A program made the translations under genes and the position numbers. From an uncultured delta proteobacterium (GTDB taxonomy: Bacteria; Desulfobacterota; Binatia; Binatales; Binataceae): 64,000 bases of DNA. Under the pieces are notes generated by a model. That model had not been told where the DNA came from and ran no database searches. It saw only the letters and a list, made by a program, of their open reading frames with translations. Below are positions 20,943 to 30,540 of the stretch, piece by piece (position 1 is the first letter of the stretch; each line of letters begins with the position of its first letter). The stretch lies in assembly GCA_963765675.1 (NCBI GenBank), contig CAVXXK010000001.1, positions 224,001 to 288,000 on the forward strand, given 5' to 3'.

Positions 20943-21905
20943 ATGAGCGGGCTATATCCACAGATCACACCATACGAACATGGCGCGCTGGAGGTTGGAG
21001 ACGGCAACCTCGTGTACTTTGAGGTTTGTGGTAACCCGCGCGGAAAGCCGGCCGTCGTCTTGCACGGCGGACCTGGGTCGGGATGTACGCCGTGGCATCG
21101 CAGGCTCTTCGATCCGGCCGCGTACCGTGCCGTGTTGCTCGACCAACGCAACTGCGGGCGAAGTACGCCGCACGCGAGTGCGCCCGATACGGTCCTCACG
21201 AGCAACAACACCGCAAACCTGATCGCGGATCTTGAATTACTGCGACAACACTTGCACATCGACCGATGGCTGGTGGCGGGCGGATCTTGGGGCAGTATCC
21301 TGGCGCTGGCATACGCCGAAACGCACGCGGATCACGTCACGCAAATGATCTTGTGGGGCGTCGCGACCGGCAGGCACAAGGAATTCGATTGGCTATTCCG
21401 CGGCGGTCTAGCGATCCTGTTTCCGGAGCAGTGGGAGCGACTCCGCGCTGCAGTACCGGCGGTCAAGCAGGATCGCGATGTCGTCGAGGCGTACTATCAA
21501 CTACTCAATGATCCCAATCCCACGATTCGCGAGCGAGCTGCCACCGCGTGGTGCACATGGGAGTCCGCAACGCCAGCTTGGCCTCCCGCCCCAGGACTCT
21601 CGCGGCGTTTCGCTGATCCCGCGTTCGCGCTGGCATACGCGCGTATCGTGACCCACTATGTCCGTCACAACTCGTGGCTCGCAGACGAGAGCCTGCTTCG
21701 CGGCGCCGATGCTCTAGGAGACATCCCAGGGATCATGGTGAATGGACGCTTTGATTTCCAAGCTCCCATCGGCTGGGCGTGGGACCTAAAGCGCGCGTGG
21801 CCGTCTGCCGAGTACGTGATCGTCGACGATGCCGGGCACGACGCGTCCGCCAAAGGCATCACGGATGAACTGATTCGCGCAACCGAAAGATTTGCTACGC
21901 GATAA
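20943..21905 (+). CDS. pip: Proline iminopeptidase (S33)
   Basis: GNPRGKPAVVLHGGPG, DQRNCGRSTP, GGSWGS, NGRFD, AGH. Confidence 0.92.
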   Translation: MSGLYPQITPYEHGALEVGDGNLVYFEVCGNPRGKPAVVLHGGPGSGCTPWHRRLFDPAAYRAVLLDQRNCGRSTPHASAPDTVLTSNNTANLIADLELLRQHLHIDRWLVAGGSWGSILALAYAETHADHVTQMILWGVATGRHKEFDWLFRGGLAILFPEQWERLRAAVPAVKQDRDVVEAYYQLLNDPNPTIRERAATAWCTWESATPAWPPAPGLSRRFADPAFALAYARIVTHYVRHNSWLADESLLRGADALGDIPGIMVNGRFDFQAPIGWAWDLKRAWPSAEYVIVDDAGHDASAKGITDELIRATERFATR

Positions 21906-22104
21906 TAGCGTCACAATCCAGACGCTCCCAGACGCGCCCCTGATCCGGCAAACAATACGCCACGGGCAATATGAGCATTTATCTTGGAAACCACAGAGCT
22001 GCCTCTGCGCTGGCGCGCGTCATGATTGTGGAGGATGAGGATTTTTCATGGTTCGGCGAATCATGCTCTGATCAAAACCGCAGTCAATTCGTACCGGCCA
22101 ACCT

Positions 22105-22120
22105 TGGCAGACTGTTTGCT
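22105..22120 (+). promoter_or_regulatory. sigma54 promoter candidate
   Basis: TGGCAGACTGTTTGCT (GG-N10-GC) upstream of the methyltransferase gene. Confidence 0.6.
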
Positions 22121-22167
22121 TGCTAAAACTCATCGGGGCGACAGTTCCTGAATTCATTTCTCGCCAG

Positions 22168-23010
22168 GTGAGCTTGAATCAGATTTACGATCATCCGGAC
22201 GATTACGATCTCGAACATCGCGCAGATGATGATGACATCGGCTTCTATTGCGCGCTAGCTCACAGATTGGCGCCGTCCACCATCATCGAGCTCGGCTGCG
22301 GGACGGGACGAATCACAGTCCCGCTGGCGCGGGTCGCGGTGCGGGACAATTTCAATATTATCGGGCTGGATTCAGGATCGGAAATGCTGGACAAGGCCCG
22401 CCAGCATCTGGCCAAAGCGCCATTCGAAGTTCGGCAGCGGGTGAAATTCGTCGAAAGCGACATGCGATCCTGGCGTGTCGGCTCGCCTGCCGAGCTTATA
22501 ATCGTGCCTTGTTCCTCAATCAGCCATGTATTGAGCCTTGACGATCAACTCGAGTTGTGGCGCACGGTCTTCGACAACCTGGCTGCGGGCGGCCATTTCG
22601 TTGTCGAAGTACAGATGCCGAACCTTGCGGCGTTTGCGGACTCATTCACCTCTCCGCCGCGGGTGGCGACCGAAGTCGATCTGGATGTGACCGACCCGCA
22701 GACCAAGTCACGCTTGCTTCGCCATAAGAGTACTTCGTATGTCAGCAGTGAGCAGAAAGCTTCAATTCGTTTCGTGTATGAAAGATTTGAGAAAACCGTA
22801 AGCGTGGAAAGATACATCGATGATTTCGCGAGCCACGTCTATTTCCCTCGTGAGCTCCAGCTCCTGTTTCTGCACACAGATTTTGAGGTCGAAGCAGTTT
22901 ACGGTGATTACCATTTCCGACCGCTCGAACCGGCATCGCAAGTGATTATCATGATCGGGAGAAAGCCTGGATCTGTCGCGAAAATATTACGAACACGCGG
23001 AGCCGAGTAG
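22168..23010 (+). CDS. Class I SAM-dependent methyltransferase
   Basis: ELGCGTGR, GLDSGSEML, DMR, YGDY; GTG 22168 chosen because it lies downstream of the promoter motif. Confidence 0.85.
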   Translation: MSLNQIYDHPDDYDLEHRADDDDIGFYCALAHRLAPSTIIELGCGTGRITVPLARVAVRDNFNIIGLDSGSEMLDKARQHLAKAPFEVRQRVKFVESDMRSWRVGSPAELIIVPCSSISHVLSLDDQLELWRTVFDNLAAGGHFVVEVQMPNLAAFADSFTSPPRVATEVDLDVTDPQTKSRLLRHKSTSYVSSEQKASIRFVYERFEKTVSVERYIDDFASHVYFPRELQLLFLHTDFEVEAVYGDYHFRPLEPASQVIIMIGRKPGSVAKILRTRGAE

Positions 23011-23072
23011 GTTATTTTTACCGATCGGACACATCCACGTGCGATAAACCTTACGCGCTCAAGCCCTGTCGG

Positions 23073-23088
23073 TGGCATGGGCTGTGCT
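23073..23088 (+). promoter_or_regulatory. sigma54 promoter candidate
   Basis: TGGCATGGGCTGTGCT (GG-N10-GC) just upstream of the GGAGG RBS of a lipoprotein gene. Confidence 0.55.
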
Positions 23089-23116
23089 CCTACCTCAACC
23101 GGAGGTTTTACAGAAT

Positions 23117-23419
23117 ATGAAAAAGATTATGCAATGTCTTGCAATTTCAGCGCTGAGCTTGGTTGCCGTATCATTCGTAACCGCTTGCGGCTCGACGAAG
23201 GAAGAGACCACTCACACGACTACTTATGTTCCCGAGGCTCCTGCTCCGCTAGTTGTCAATCCCGCACCGGTCGTCGTGGCTTCTCCCCCGGTAACGACTT
23301 CTTCGACCACAGTTGAGAAGCGCAGCCAGTCAAATACCACGGAAATGACGCCAATGGGCAATACCGGTGATTCCACCTCGATGTATCACAGCGAAACTTC
23401 AACAACCGGTCCACAATAG
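23117..23419 (+). CDS. Thr/Pro-rich small lipoprotein
   Basis: MKK-hydrophobic-VTAC lipobox; low-complexity mature part. Confidence 0.7.
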   Translation: MKKIMQCLAISALSLVAVSFVTACGSTKEETTHTTTYVPEAPAPLVVNPAPVVVASPPVTTSSTTVEKRSQSNTTEMTPMGNTGDSTSMYHSETSTTGPQ

Positions 23420-23484
23420 CATTCGAGTGGCTCTTCATACTTCGATGTCTCCCGTCTGAGGCACTCGGAGATTCAACAGTTCGT

Positions 23485-23513
23485 GAGCGGGAAGGCTCTT
23501 GGCCTTCCCGCTC
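23485..23513. repeat. 12-bp perfect hairpin between lipoprotein and BON genes
   Basis: GAGCGGGAAGGC-tcttg-GCCTTCCCGCTC; no U-tract. Confidence 0.6.
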
Positions 23514-23543
23514 TGACTACTTCCATTACAAAGCAAAGGTGAA

Positions 23544-23981
23544 GTGAATCATATGAGAACTCAGGACAACGCACTTAGGCGAATCGCTACAGGTATTGTC
23601 GCGATAGCGGCAACGGCCGCGTGCCTGATAGCCGCGCCGACGACCGCAAGTGCTCAGCAGTCAATGCCGTCGGCAGCGGCGGACACACCAGCCGCCACGT
23701 TAAAAAGCGACAGTTTGCAAGAGGAGCATGTTCACTCGGCGACCACACACAGCTATTCGTCCGAGGCCGCTCGTGCGAACGACGCGATGCTGATAACGGA
23801 AGTCAAATCGGCGCTCTCGAAGTCGGGGGTTACCAAGAATCAAGCTGTGGTAGTGGACTGCGACCATGGGACGGTAACGCTCGCAGGAGCTGTAGCGTCG
23901 GCATCCGCCGCGCACCAGGCTGTTCAAATAGCATCCGCGGTGCAGGGCGTCAGAAGCGTGAATAGCAAGCTGACCTGGTAA
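23544..23981 (+). CDS. Exported BON-domain protein
   Basis: Signal peptide; DAMLITEVKSAL...GTVTLAG...VQGVRSVNSKL. Confidence 0.82.
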   Translation: MNHMRTQDNALRRIATGIVAIAATAACLIAAPTTASAQQSMPSAAADTPAATLKSDSLQEEHVHSATTHSYSSEAARANDAMLITEVKSALSKSGVTKNQAVVVDCDHGTVTLAGAVASASAAHQAVQIASAVQGVRSVNSKLTW

Positions 23982-24037
23982 ACTCGCAATCGCCCGGCTG
24001 ACGGGGTATTTCCTCGCGTTCCACGGAGTATCGGACA

Positions 24038-24235
24038 CTATCGCAGAGGTGGGATCCGTACACCGGGGATATTTCCGATCAGCCCGAAGGCCTGCAAGAG
24101 CCAGATTACCACCACAATAAACACTACTATGTTGAGCAAGCTCTTGATGCCGGCCGCCATCGGAATGTAGGTATTTATCAGCCACATTATTAATCCGATC
24201 ACAACCAGAACAATCACTATACTCACTAATGTCAT
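24038..24235 (-). CDS. Small two-TM membrane protein (Thivi_2564-like)
   Basis: LVVIGLIMWLINTYIPM..IK.LLNIVV..VVVIWLL. Confidence 0.75.
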   Translation of the reverse strand: MTLVSIVIVLVVIGLIMWLINTYIPMAAGIKSLLNIVVFIVVVIWLLQAFGLIGNIPGVRIPPLR

Positions 24236-24400
24236 AGGTTCACTCCGAGCGGCTTTAGCTCCGGCTATCTGGTCCTTTGCGCGCTTGATCTGTCACTGCA
24301 CTACCTAGTATATGCTGCCCGGTGGCGCGGGTGCCAGCATTTATCGACGCGAGCTTATGAGTTCGTGTCTATTCCTCATTCTGTTGAAGTGTTCCTCCTA

Positions 24401-25378
24401 CTAATGCGTAGCCTTCTCCTCCCGCCGGTTGTCGCTTTTGCGAACCGCGGGTTCAGGCTGGCGTCTCGTTTCCGGCGACCGCTCGCGTTTGGCCTGCTGC
24501 GGCTGATGCGGATTCTCGGGCCGTTTGGCTTGACGCTGGGTCTCCTTCACCTGGCGGACGTTTTCTTGTTGATGTGAATTTGCTTGACGATGCTCGCTGG
24601 CGCGCTGCTGGTTCGCTCGAGGTTCATTGACCTCTGGCGCGCGCTGGAATGTGTTTTTTTCATTCGATCGTTCGTTGGTCGCCTGGCGTTTCGCAGTAGT
24701 GGAACGCTGGTCCTGCTGAGTTTGCGCGGGCATCGCATGCTGTTTGCGATAACTCTGCCGCTCAGAGGCGGATTCCCAGTTGCGATGTTCCGCCAGCCAG
24801 TTGGGATGATTAGCCGTTACCCAAACCGGATTCTGGTTGTACCACCATTCGCCATAATGCCACTGATGTTGTGCGTCGTAAGCACCATCCTGACTGAGCC
24901 ATCGCGAATCGAGCGAGGCCCATGATTGATGATTGTCGTAGAACCAGTTCGGATTGTTCGCGTGCCACCAATAGGCGTCGCGCCATTGATGCTGTTGGTC
25001 GTAGCCGCCCCACGGCGTCTCGGGCAGTCCTTCCGCCCAGTCCTGTCCACTCAGTGCCCGCCATTCGTAAGGGTGATTCTCCAAGTATTGTTCCAACGCG
25101 GGGAACTGGTATCGCCAACGGGCATCATAAAGCAGGCTGGGATTCCGGGCGAGCGCTTGCGCAATATTTGGATGATACGCGAGAAAATACTGAAAACTCT
25201 GGTTTCCTGGGCTCTGAGAGACGTTGTTGAACCAAGGGTAGTTGTTCGAAAACCCCGGCACCTCGGGCATCGTAAAGTCCGCGTTGGCCGGCACGGCAAC
25301 CAACCAAACGGCCAGGATTGCGCCGAGCCCTGACAACACCATTATTTTGATGGAAACATGGAAACGAGGTGGTCTCAT
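24401..25378 (-). CDS. Secreted hypothetical protein with Trp/His-rich repeats and Gln/Arg-rich tail
   Basis: GAGGAGG RBS, signal peptide ending ANA, internal repeats. Confidence 0.7.
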   Translation of the reverse strand: MRPPRFHVSIKIMVLSGLGAILAVWLVAVPANADFTMPEVPGFSNNYPWFNNVSQSPGNQSFQYFLAYHPNIAQALARNPSLLYDARWRYQFPALEQYLENHPYEWRALSGQDWAEGLPETPWGGYDQQHQWRDAYWWHANNPNWFYDNHQSWASLDSRWLSQDGAYDAQHQWHYGEWWYNQNPVWVTANHPNWLAEHRNWESASERQSYRKQHAMPAQTQQDQRSTTAKRQATNERSNEKNTFQRAPEVNEPRANQQRASEHRQANSHQQENVRQVKETQRQAKRPENPHQPQQAKRERSPETRRQPEPAVRKSDNRREEKATH

Positions 25379-25559
25379 GCGAGCCTCCTCAAGCCTTCAA
25401 TGCTTAACGCTTGGCGATGGGTCGAGCGGAGAGTGGTCAAAGGCGAGAGGAAGAACCACAATCGGGCAGGATCGCAGTCGGGATCCAACACTATATTGAG
25501 CCGACCATTCTAGTTTCCGCCAGCGTTCCGTAAAGGTCAATGCAATAAGAATACTTGGT

Positions 25560-25871
25560 CTACTTATTAACGCTTCTTCTAAGGTTTCTGCGGAGGAACG
25601 CCTTACGAGCGGTAAAACTCAACAACGCCGCGGCAATAACGGGACCGGCAAGCCAACTATCTGTTCTCGAACCAAGAAAGAACCCCAAGGCGCAGGCGGC
25701 TATGGATGCACCCACCGCATGGGCTTCAATAATATGATCAGGACGCAAATCACTTTCAGCGCGCTCGAACCTGACGCTGACTTCTTTTAGTGTATCCCGG
25801 AGATCCTGGCGCGCTTCGGTTCGTTCGATGCGATCGTGAGAGATCGTTTCCTGAGCTATCCTGATATCCAC
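25560..25871 (-). CDS. Hypothetical membrane-anchored protein (helical N-terminus, C-terminal TM)
   Basis: GGGAG RBS before GTG; EARQDLRDTL coiled segment; hydrophobic C-terminus. Confidence 0.55.
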   Translation of the reverse strand: MDIRIAQETISHDRIERTEARQDLRDTLKEVSVRFERAESDLRPDHIIEAHAVGASIAACALGFFLGSRTDSWLAGPVIAAALLSFTARKAFLRRNLRRSVNK

Positions 25872-26133
25872 GAAAAGTTTACTCCCTCAGGACGCGTGCC
25901 TGGCAAGACGCTCAGCGAAACTGAGCGCTTCACTGCTAAGAATCAGAGCGGCAGAAATAAATGCCATCTTGGAGAGCTGCGGCTCTTCGTCGCTTCTGAT
26001 GTCCTCTGTTGAACTTCAATAGTATCGCGACAGGGATATTCGGGCTATCGCCTCAGGATGCCTTTTGTTATCTGAAGCACCAAGGGTGCCGAAGCCGAAA
26101 GATGGCAGCGGGTCTTGCTGTTAAACTACCGCT

Positions 26134-26874
26134 ATGCGCGCAGCGCCCGTATCTGAAATCCGAAGACTCCGTGGCCTCAAGAACATTTCTTGGCTCACAT
26201 CGCGCCAAGTGAACAGACTCGCCGCAGCGCTGACTCTGAGACGAGTCAAAGTGCACGGGATCATTTTCGATGAACACCAATCCCCGGAATCCGCGTTTGT
26301 GCTGCTGGAGGGAGTCGCGCGAATCACGTGCCGGAACCGTAAAGGCGATCGCACACTCGTGATCATGGTTGCGCCGGGAATGATTCCGGGCTTTCCGCCG
26401 CCGGTTTCCGGAATCAGGTACAACTTCCGTTGCGAGGCGGTTACCGACTGCCAGGTCGGTGCCGTCGAGTTGGACACTTTCATCGAAATCGCGCTAGGGA
26501 TTGCTTCGGCGGATTTCAAGCGAATGGCTGCAAGCTACTCCGGGCGATGGGATCTGGTGCAATTGCGCTGCGCGAACTTCATGAGCTGCACGCTCGAGGA
26601 GCGGGTGGCCCTGATTCTGCTGGAGTTGAGTGAGAATTTTGGCGTTCAAGATCGGCAAGGAGTGCGACTAACCGTGCCTGCGCGGCATCGGGACTTTGCG
26701 GAACTGGTAGGAGCCTCCAGACCGCGAGTAACCGAATATCTCGCCGCGTTTGAGCGCGACCACATGATCGTTCGCGACGGGCGTCAGTTGATTGTCAGAC
26801 GCGATCGGCTGCAGAAGTTTCTCGCGCAAAAACATGCCTCTGCAAGCCGTAACGGTTCAGATAATTCGCTCTGA
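26134..26874 (+). CDS. Crp/Fnr-family regulator 1
   Basis: cNMP-binding-like N-domain; LEERVALILLEL..FG; HTH DFAELVGASRPRVTE. Confidence 0.85.
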   Translation: MRAAPVSEIRRLRGLKNISWLTSRQVNRLAAALTLRRVKVHGIIFDEHQSPESAFVLLEGVARITCRNRKGDRTLVIMVAPGMIPGFPPPVSGIRYNFRCEAVTDCQVGAVELDTFIEIALGIASADFKRMAASYSGRWDLVQLRCANFMSCTLEERVALILLELSENFGVQDRQGVRLTVPARHRDFAELVGASRPRVTEYLAAFERDHMIVRDGRQLIVRRDRLQKFLAQKHASASRNGSDNSL

Positions 26875-26976
26875 CGATAGCCGCCATCCGTAATCTTGGC
26901 TCTCTGGAGACCATAATTGCCTGCGAAAAGTCGTTGCGCTGCAACCATAATGTTCTCTGAATAACATTTTGGTTGA

Positions 26977-27714
26977 TTGAAGCGTGCGCGTGGCATAGGC
27001 TCATCACATGCTCCTAGAGGTGTGATTTTGAATGAACCCCGCAATTCTTCAGGTAGTGATTTCGACAGACTGAGCCGGCTTAAGACCCTGTCCTGGCTTT
27101 CCACTTCCGAGCTCGGGATGCTCGCCGGAGCCCTCGCGCTTACCGACTACAAACGATCGCAGATAATGTTTCGCGAAGCCGCTTTCGCCTCCGATGCGCA
27201 CATCTTGTTAAGAGGCATCGCGCGCATCACGTGCCAGAACGCCCACGGTGAGCGGGTGACGATCGCTCTGCTTCCACCGGGCCCGATTCCCGAGTTTCCT
27301 TCCGAACCTAAGAGCCTGCTCGATTTTCAGTGCGAGGCGTACAACGATTGCAGAGTCGGCAGCGTGGGCTGGAATGATTTCGACGGCATCACCATTCATA
27401 GCTCGGAATCGGCCTTCAAGAGATTTCATCAAAACGATTTGCGTCAGTGGTACCGGCTACTTCTGCGAAGCTCGAGTTTTCTCAACCTCAGCCTTCGTGA
27501 ACGCATCACCATTACACTGCTCGAACTAGCTTCCGATTTTGGCATCAAGGAATCCCGCGGTTCGCTCCTGAGAGCCTCGTTCAGTCATCAGGACATCGCG
27601 GATCTGGTCGGAGCTTCCCGGCCAAGGGTGACCGAGCATCTGGCTCAATTGGAGCGCGAGCATCTGGTTATTCGCCAGGGCCGGCAACTGATTGTGTGCG
27701 TCGACAAAGAATAG
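26977..27714 (+). CDS. Crp/Fnr-family regulator 2 (paralog; start uncertain)
   Basis: LRERITITLLEL..FG; HTH QDIADLVGASRPRVTE. Confidence 0.85.
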   Translation: MKRARGIGSSHAPRGVILNEPRNSSGSDFDRLSRLKTLSWLSTSELGMLAGALALTDYKRSQIMFREAAFASDAHILLRGIARITCQNAHGERVTIALLPPGPIPEFPSEPKSLLDFQCEAYNDCRVGSVGWNDFDGITIHSSESAFKRFHQNDLRQWYRLLLRSSSFLNLSLRERITITLLELASDFGIKESRGSLLRASFSHQDIADLVGASRPRVTEHLAQLEREHLVIRQGRQLIVCVDKE

Positions 27715-27767
27715 GGTCGGGGCACTGACCTCCACGCATAGCCTTTGCCCGATAGTCTTGAATCAAC

Positions 27768-28565
27768 TCACTTCGATTTGGGTTCAAATTTCGCGAGGTA
27801 TGGCTCGACGTCGGGCGCAAACGCCGGATGCCTGCGCAGCAGGGCGAGGTGCGCGAATGCTCGCGGAAAAACTTCATCGATCTTCGCATGCAATATCGGC
27901 TCAAGGCTTTTGCGCTCTAGCTGCTCGAAGCTTCTCCGCTCGTTGAAGAACAAGCTCATCTCGGCAACGAAACAGATATCCGCCAGAGTCAGGCGATCAC
28001 CGACCAGGTACTCGCGATCAGGCGCAAGAGCCTGATCGATTCCGCCGGCGTAGATTGCGAATCCGTCGCGCGCTCTTGCGTGAATCTCCGGCGAGACCGT
28101 GCCGTCGAGCAAGGAAAGAAGATAGATTTGCGCGTCGCGCGCGAACACAAGACTCACGTCCAGAAAGCTATCGACGCGCGCCGCCTCATATGGACTACTT
28201 CCGTACAGAGGAAATCTATTCTCTCCCAGCCGGGCGACCGCACGCATGATGCTGTTGGATTCAAAAATGCCGATCTTACCGTCGGGACTGAACGCGGCTG
28301 GAACGGTGCCGAATGGATGCGCAGCGATGAAGGCGCTCGTCTTGTGCAACGTTCCCGTGAAACCGATTTTTCCGGCGGCTCCCCTGCTCGAATGGGCTCG
28401 CTCGTCGTTCGAAAGAGGCCGCGCATCGAAGTCCCAGAGCCAGGATTGGAGATCTTTTGGCGCGCTCCCCCTAACGTCGATTTCGATTCCGCAAAGACGC
28501 GCCGCGATCGTCGCCTTCCAAATGCGCGGGTTCGGCAGATAGGAAAAAATCCTGAGCTGAATCAT
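27768..28565 (-). CDS. Glutathione S-transferase family protein
   Basis: SYLPNPR N-terminus, HPFGTVPA, IFESNSI, YLVGDRLTLADI. Confidence 0.85.
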   Translation of the reverse strand: MIQLRIFSYLPNPRIWKATIAARLCGIEIDVRGSAPKDLQSWLWDFDARPLSNDERAHSSRGAAGKIGFTGTLHKTSAFIAAHPFGTVPAAFSPDGKIGIFESNSIMRAVARLGENRFPLYGSSPYEAARVDSFLDVSLVFARDAQIYLLSLLDGTVSPEIHARARDGFAIYAGGIDQALAPDREYLVGDRLTLADICFVAEMSLFFNERRSFEQLERKSLEPILHAKIDEVFPRAFAHLALLRRHPAFAPDVEPYLAKFEPKSK

Positions 28566-28618
28566 GGTCGCTGCTTAATCCGAGTGGGTTCGCGTCTGCG
28601 TCCGCGTCCTGTGATCAC

Positions 28619-29326
28619 CTACCAGGTTTCGCCGAACGGCCTGACCTCGACGTTGAAGGACCATGCGCTGCGATCCTGATGCGCGACATGCCAAACTTCC
28701 TCGGCGATGGCGGAAGGCTTGATGAAGAACGCGTCGGGAGCCTGTGGGAATCGCTTGCGCGTCCATTCCAGATCGATCACCGCGTCGATCAGCACGTAGG
28801 CAACATGCACGCCTTTGGGTCCGAGCTCGCGCGCGATCGATTCGGCGAGAATTCGTTGCGCTGCTTTGGTCGGCGCAAACCCCGCGAAATTAGCTTTGCC
28901 GCGAAGCGCAGAAGTGTTGCCGCTGGCGACGATCGCACCGTCTCCAGCGGCGATCATCGCCGGAGCAAGCCGGCGCGCAAGAAGCAGCAACGCCATCGTG
29001 TTTACCTGAAAGTTCTGGTTCAGAACTTTCGGATCGATTTCCATGAAGTTGCCAAACGCGCCGCCGACCGCGTTATGCACCAGTATCTTGGGCGCGCCGA
29101 GTTCGGCGTGTATCGCACCGAGTGCGGCGTCGATTTGTGATTCGTCGGTCACATCACATGGAAACGCGCGAGTGCCCACAATCTCGCTCTCGAGCCGAGA
29201 CAGGCGTTCCCGATTGCGCGCAAGCATCGCAACCGCAAATCCTCCGTGCGCGAATCGTCGCGCAATAGCCGCGCCGGTTCCCGGACCTACGCCGGTTACA
29301 ACTGCGACAGGCTTAGTATTACTCAT
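28619..29326 (-). CDS. SDR oxidoreductase
   Basis: TGVGPGTG, F-x3-K active-site variant (FAPTK), C-terminal QDRSAWSFNVEVRPFGETW; GGAGG RBS. Confidence 0.88.
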   Translation of the reverse strand: MSNTKPVAVVTGVGPGTGAAIARRFAHGGFAVAMLARNRERLSRLESEIVGTRAFPCDVTDESQIDAALGAIHAELGAPKILVHNAVGGAFGNFMEIDPKVLNQNFQVNTMALLLLARRLAPAMIAAGDGAIVASGNTSALRGKANFAGFAPTKAAQRILAESIARELGPKGVHVAYVLIDAVIDLEWTRKRFPQAPDAFFIKPSAIAEEVWHVAHQDRSAWSFNVEVRPFGETW

Positions 29327-30536
29327 TGCGACCTCCGCTGCTGTTGCTCTCTGCATGTCTCACGACACGAGTTTCCTCGAGACGCGCGATATCTTCGATG
29401 CTGTAGCCCAGGTCGCGAAGAATCGCCGCGCTATCCGCTCCGAGGATCGGCGCAAGTTGGCGAATGCTCGCGGGAGTGCGGTCGAAGAGCGCCGCGGGGC
29501 GCGGCATTCTTACTTTGCCGAACGTCGGGCTCTCATGCTCCTGGAGGATTTTGTTTTCGCGCACCTGCGGTTCCTTCAGAAGCTCGAAACGGCTGAGCAC
29601 CGGCGCCGAAGGAACATCATTGGCGAGAAGCCGCGGCAAAATCTCACTCGCCGTCCACTTCTCGAGTTCTGCGGTCGCGATCTCGCGGCGCTCGACCGCA
29701 TTTTTGGATCGCGAGCGCGCTGTCTTGAAACGAGGATCGTCGATCAGATCCTCGCGATTGAATGCCCGGCACATCCCGGCCCATTCGTCGTCTGACAGAG
29801 CTCCCGCGGTGATGTAGCGATCCTGCGTTGCAAATACGAGGTCAGGACCGACCTCGCCGTCGGAAGGATCTTGTTCTTCTCCGACGAAGGTCAGGCTCGG
29901 CATCGCTTCCGGCCACAGATAGGCGATCATCGCGTCCAGCATCGCGATTCTGACGTGCTGGCCTTGTCCGGATCGCTCTCTGGCGAACAGCGCCGCGGTG
30001 ATCGCTTGCGACGCGGTCAATGCCGTCGTGTAGTCTGCTATGATCGTGCGAACCATCCTGGGACGCCCCGTGTCGCGATCGCGCTGGATTTCCGCAAGAC
30101 CCGAGAGCGCCTGTATCACCGGATCGTAAGCGCGCTGGCCCGCATAGGGTCCGCTCTCTCCAAAGCCGGTTATAGACACATAGATAATGTCCGGACGACT
30201 CGCGCGCACGGCGTCTTCACCCAGACCCATGCGCTCAGCGACGCCCGGGCGGAAGTTGTGCACGACGACTGCCGCCGACGCAATGAGCTTGCCTATTATC
30301 TCAAGTCCCTGCGCTGATTTCAGATCGATCGCCAGCGAGCGTTTGTTGCGATTGCAAGAGAGAAACGGCGCTGACATTCCGTTGCGGCCATGCGCGAGAT
30401 GACGCATCAGCTCTCCGTTCGGAGGCTCGATCTTGATCACCTCCGCGCCCTGGTCGGCCAGCATCATGGTTGCTACCGGCCCCGCAACCATGCTCGTGAA
30501 GTCCAGGACTCGAATACCTTCCAGCGGTCCGGTCAT
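29319..30536 (-). CDS. Family III CoA-transferase (CaiB/BaiF)
   Basis: PLEGIRVLD, GAEVIKIEPP, NRNKRS, NFRPG, YDPVIQA. Confidence 0.92.
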   Translation of the reverse strand: MTGPLEGIRVLDFTSMVAGPVATMMLADQGAEVIKIEPPNGELMRHLAHGRNGMSAPFLSCNRNKRSLAIDLKSAQGLEIIGKLIASAAVVVHNFRPGVAERMGLGEDAVRASRPDIIYVSITGFGESGPYAGQRAYDPVIQALSGLAEIQRDRDTGRPRMVRTIIADYTTALTASQAITAALFARERSGQGQHVRIAMLDAMIAYLWPEAMPSLTFVGEEQDPSDGEVGPDLVFATQDRYITAGALSDDEWAGMCRAFNREDLIDDPRFKTARSRSKNAVERREIATAELEKWTASEILPRLLANDVPSAPVLSRFELLKEPQVRENKILQEHESPTFGKVRMPRPAALFDRTPASIRQLAPILGADSAAILRDLGYSIEDIARLEETRVVRHAESNSSGGRNE

Positions 30537-30540
30537 TTGT

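Noticed and set aside
25886-25901. AGGCACGCGTCCTGAG (minus strand) upstream of the 25560-25871 gene
   Set aside because: Lacks the conserved -12 GC
26103-26119. TGGCAGCGGGTCTTGCT upstream of Crp/Fnr 1
   Set aside because: Spacing is GG-N11-GC, one too long for sigma54; would fit only if the GGG run has an indel error
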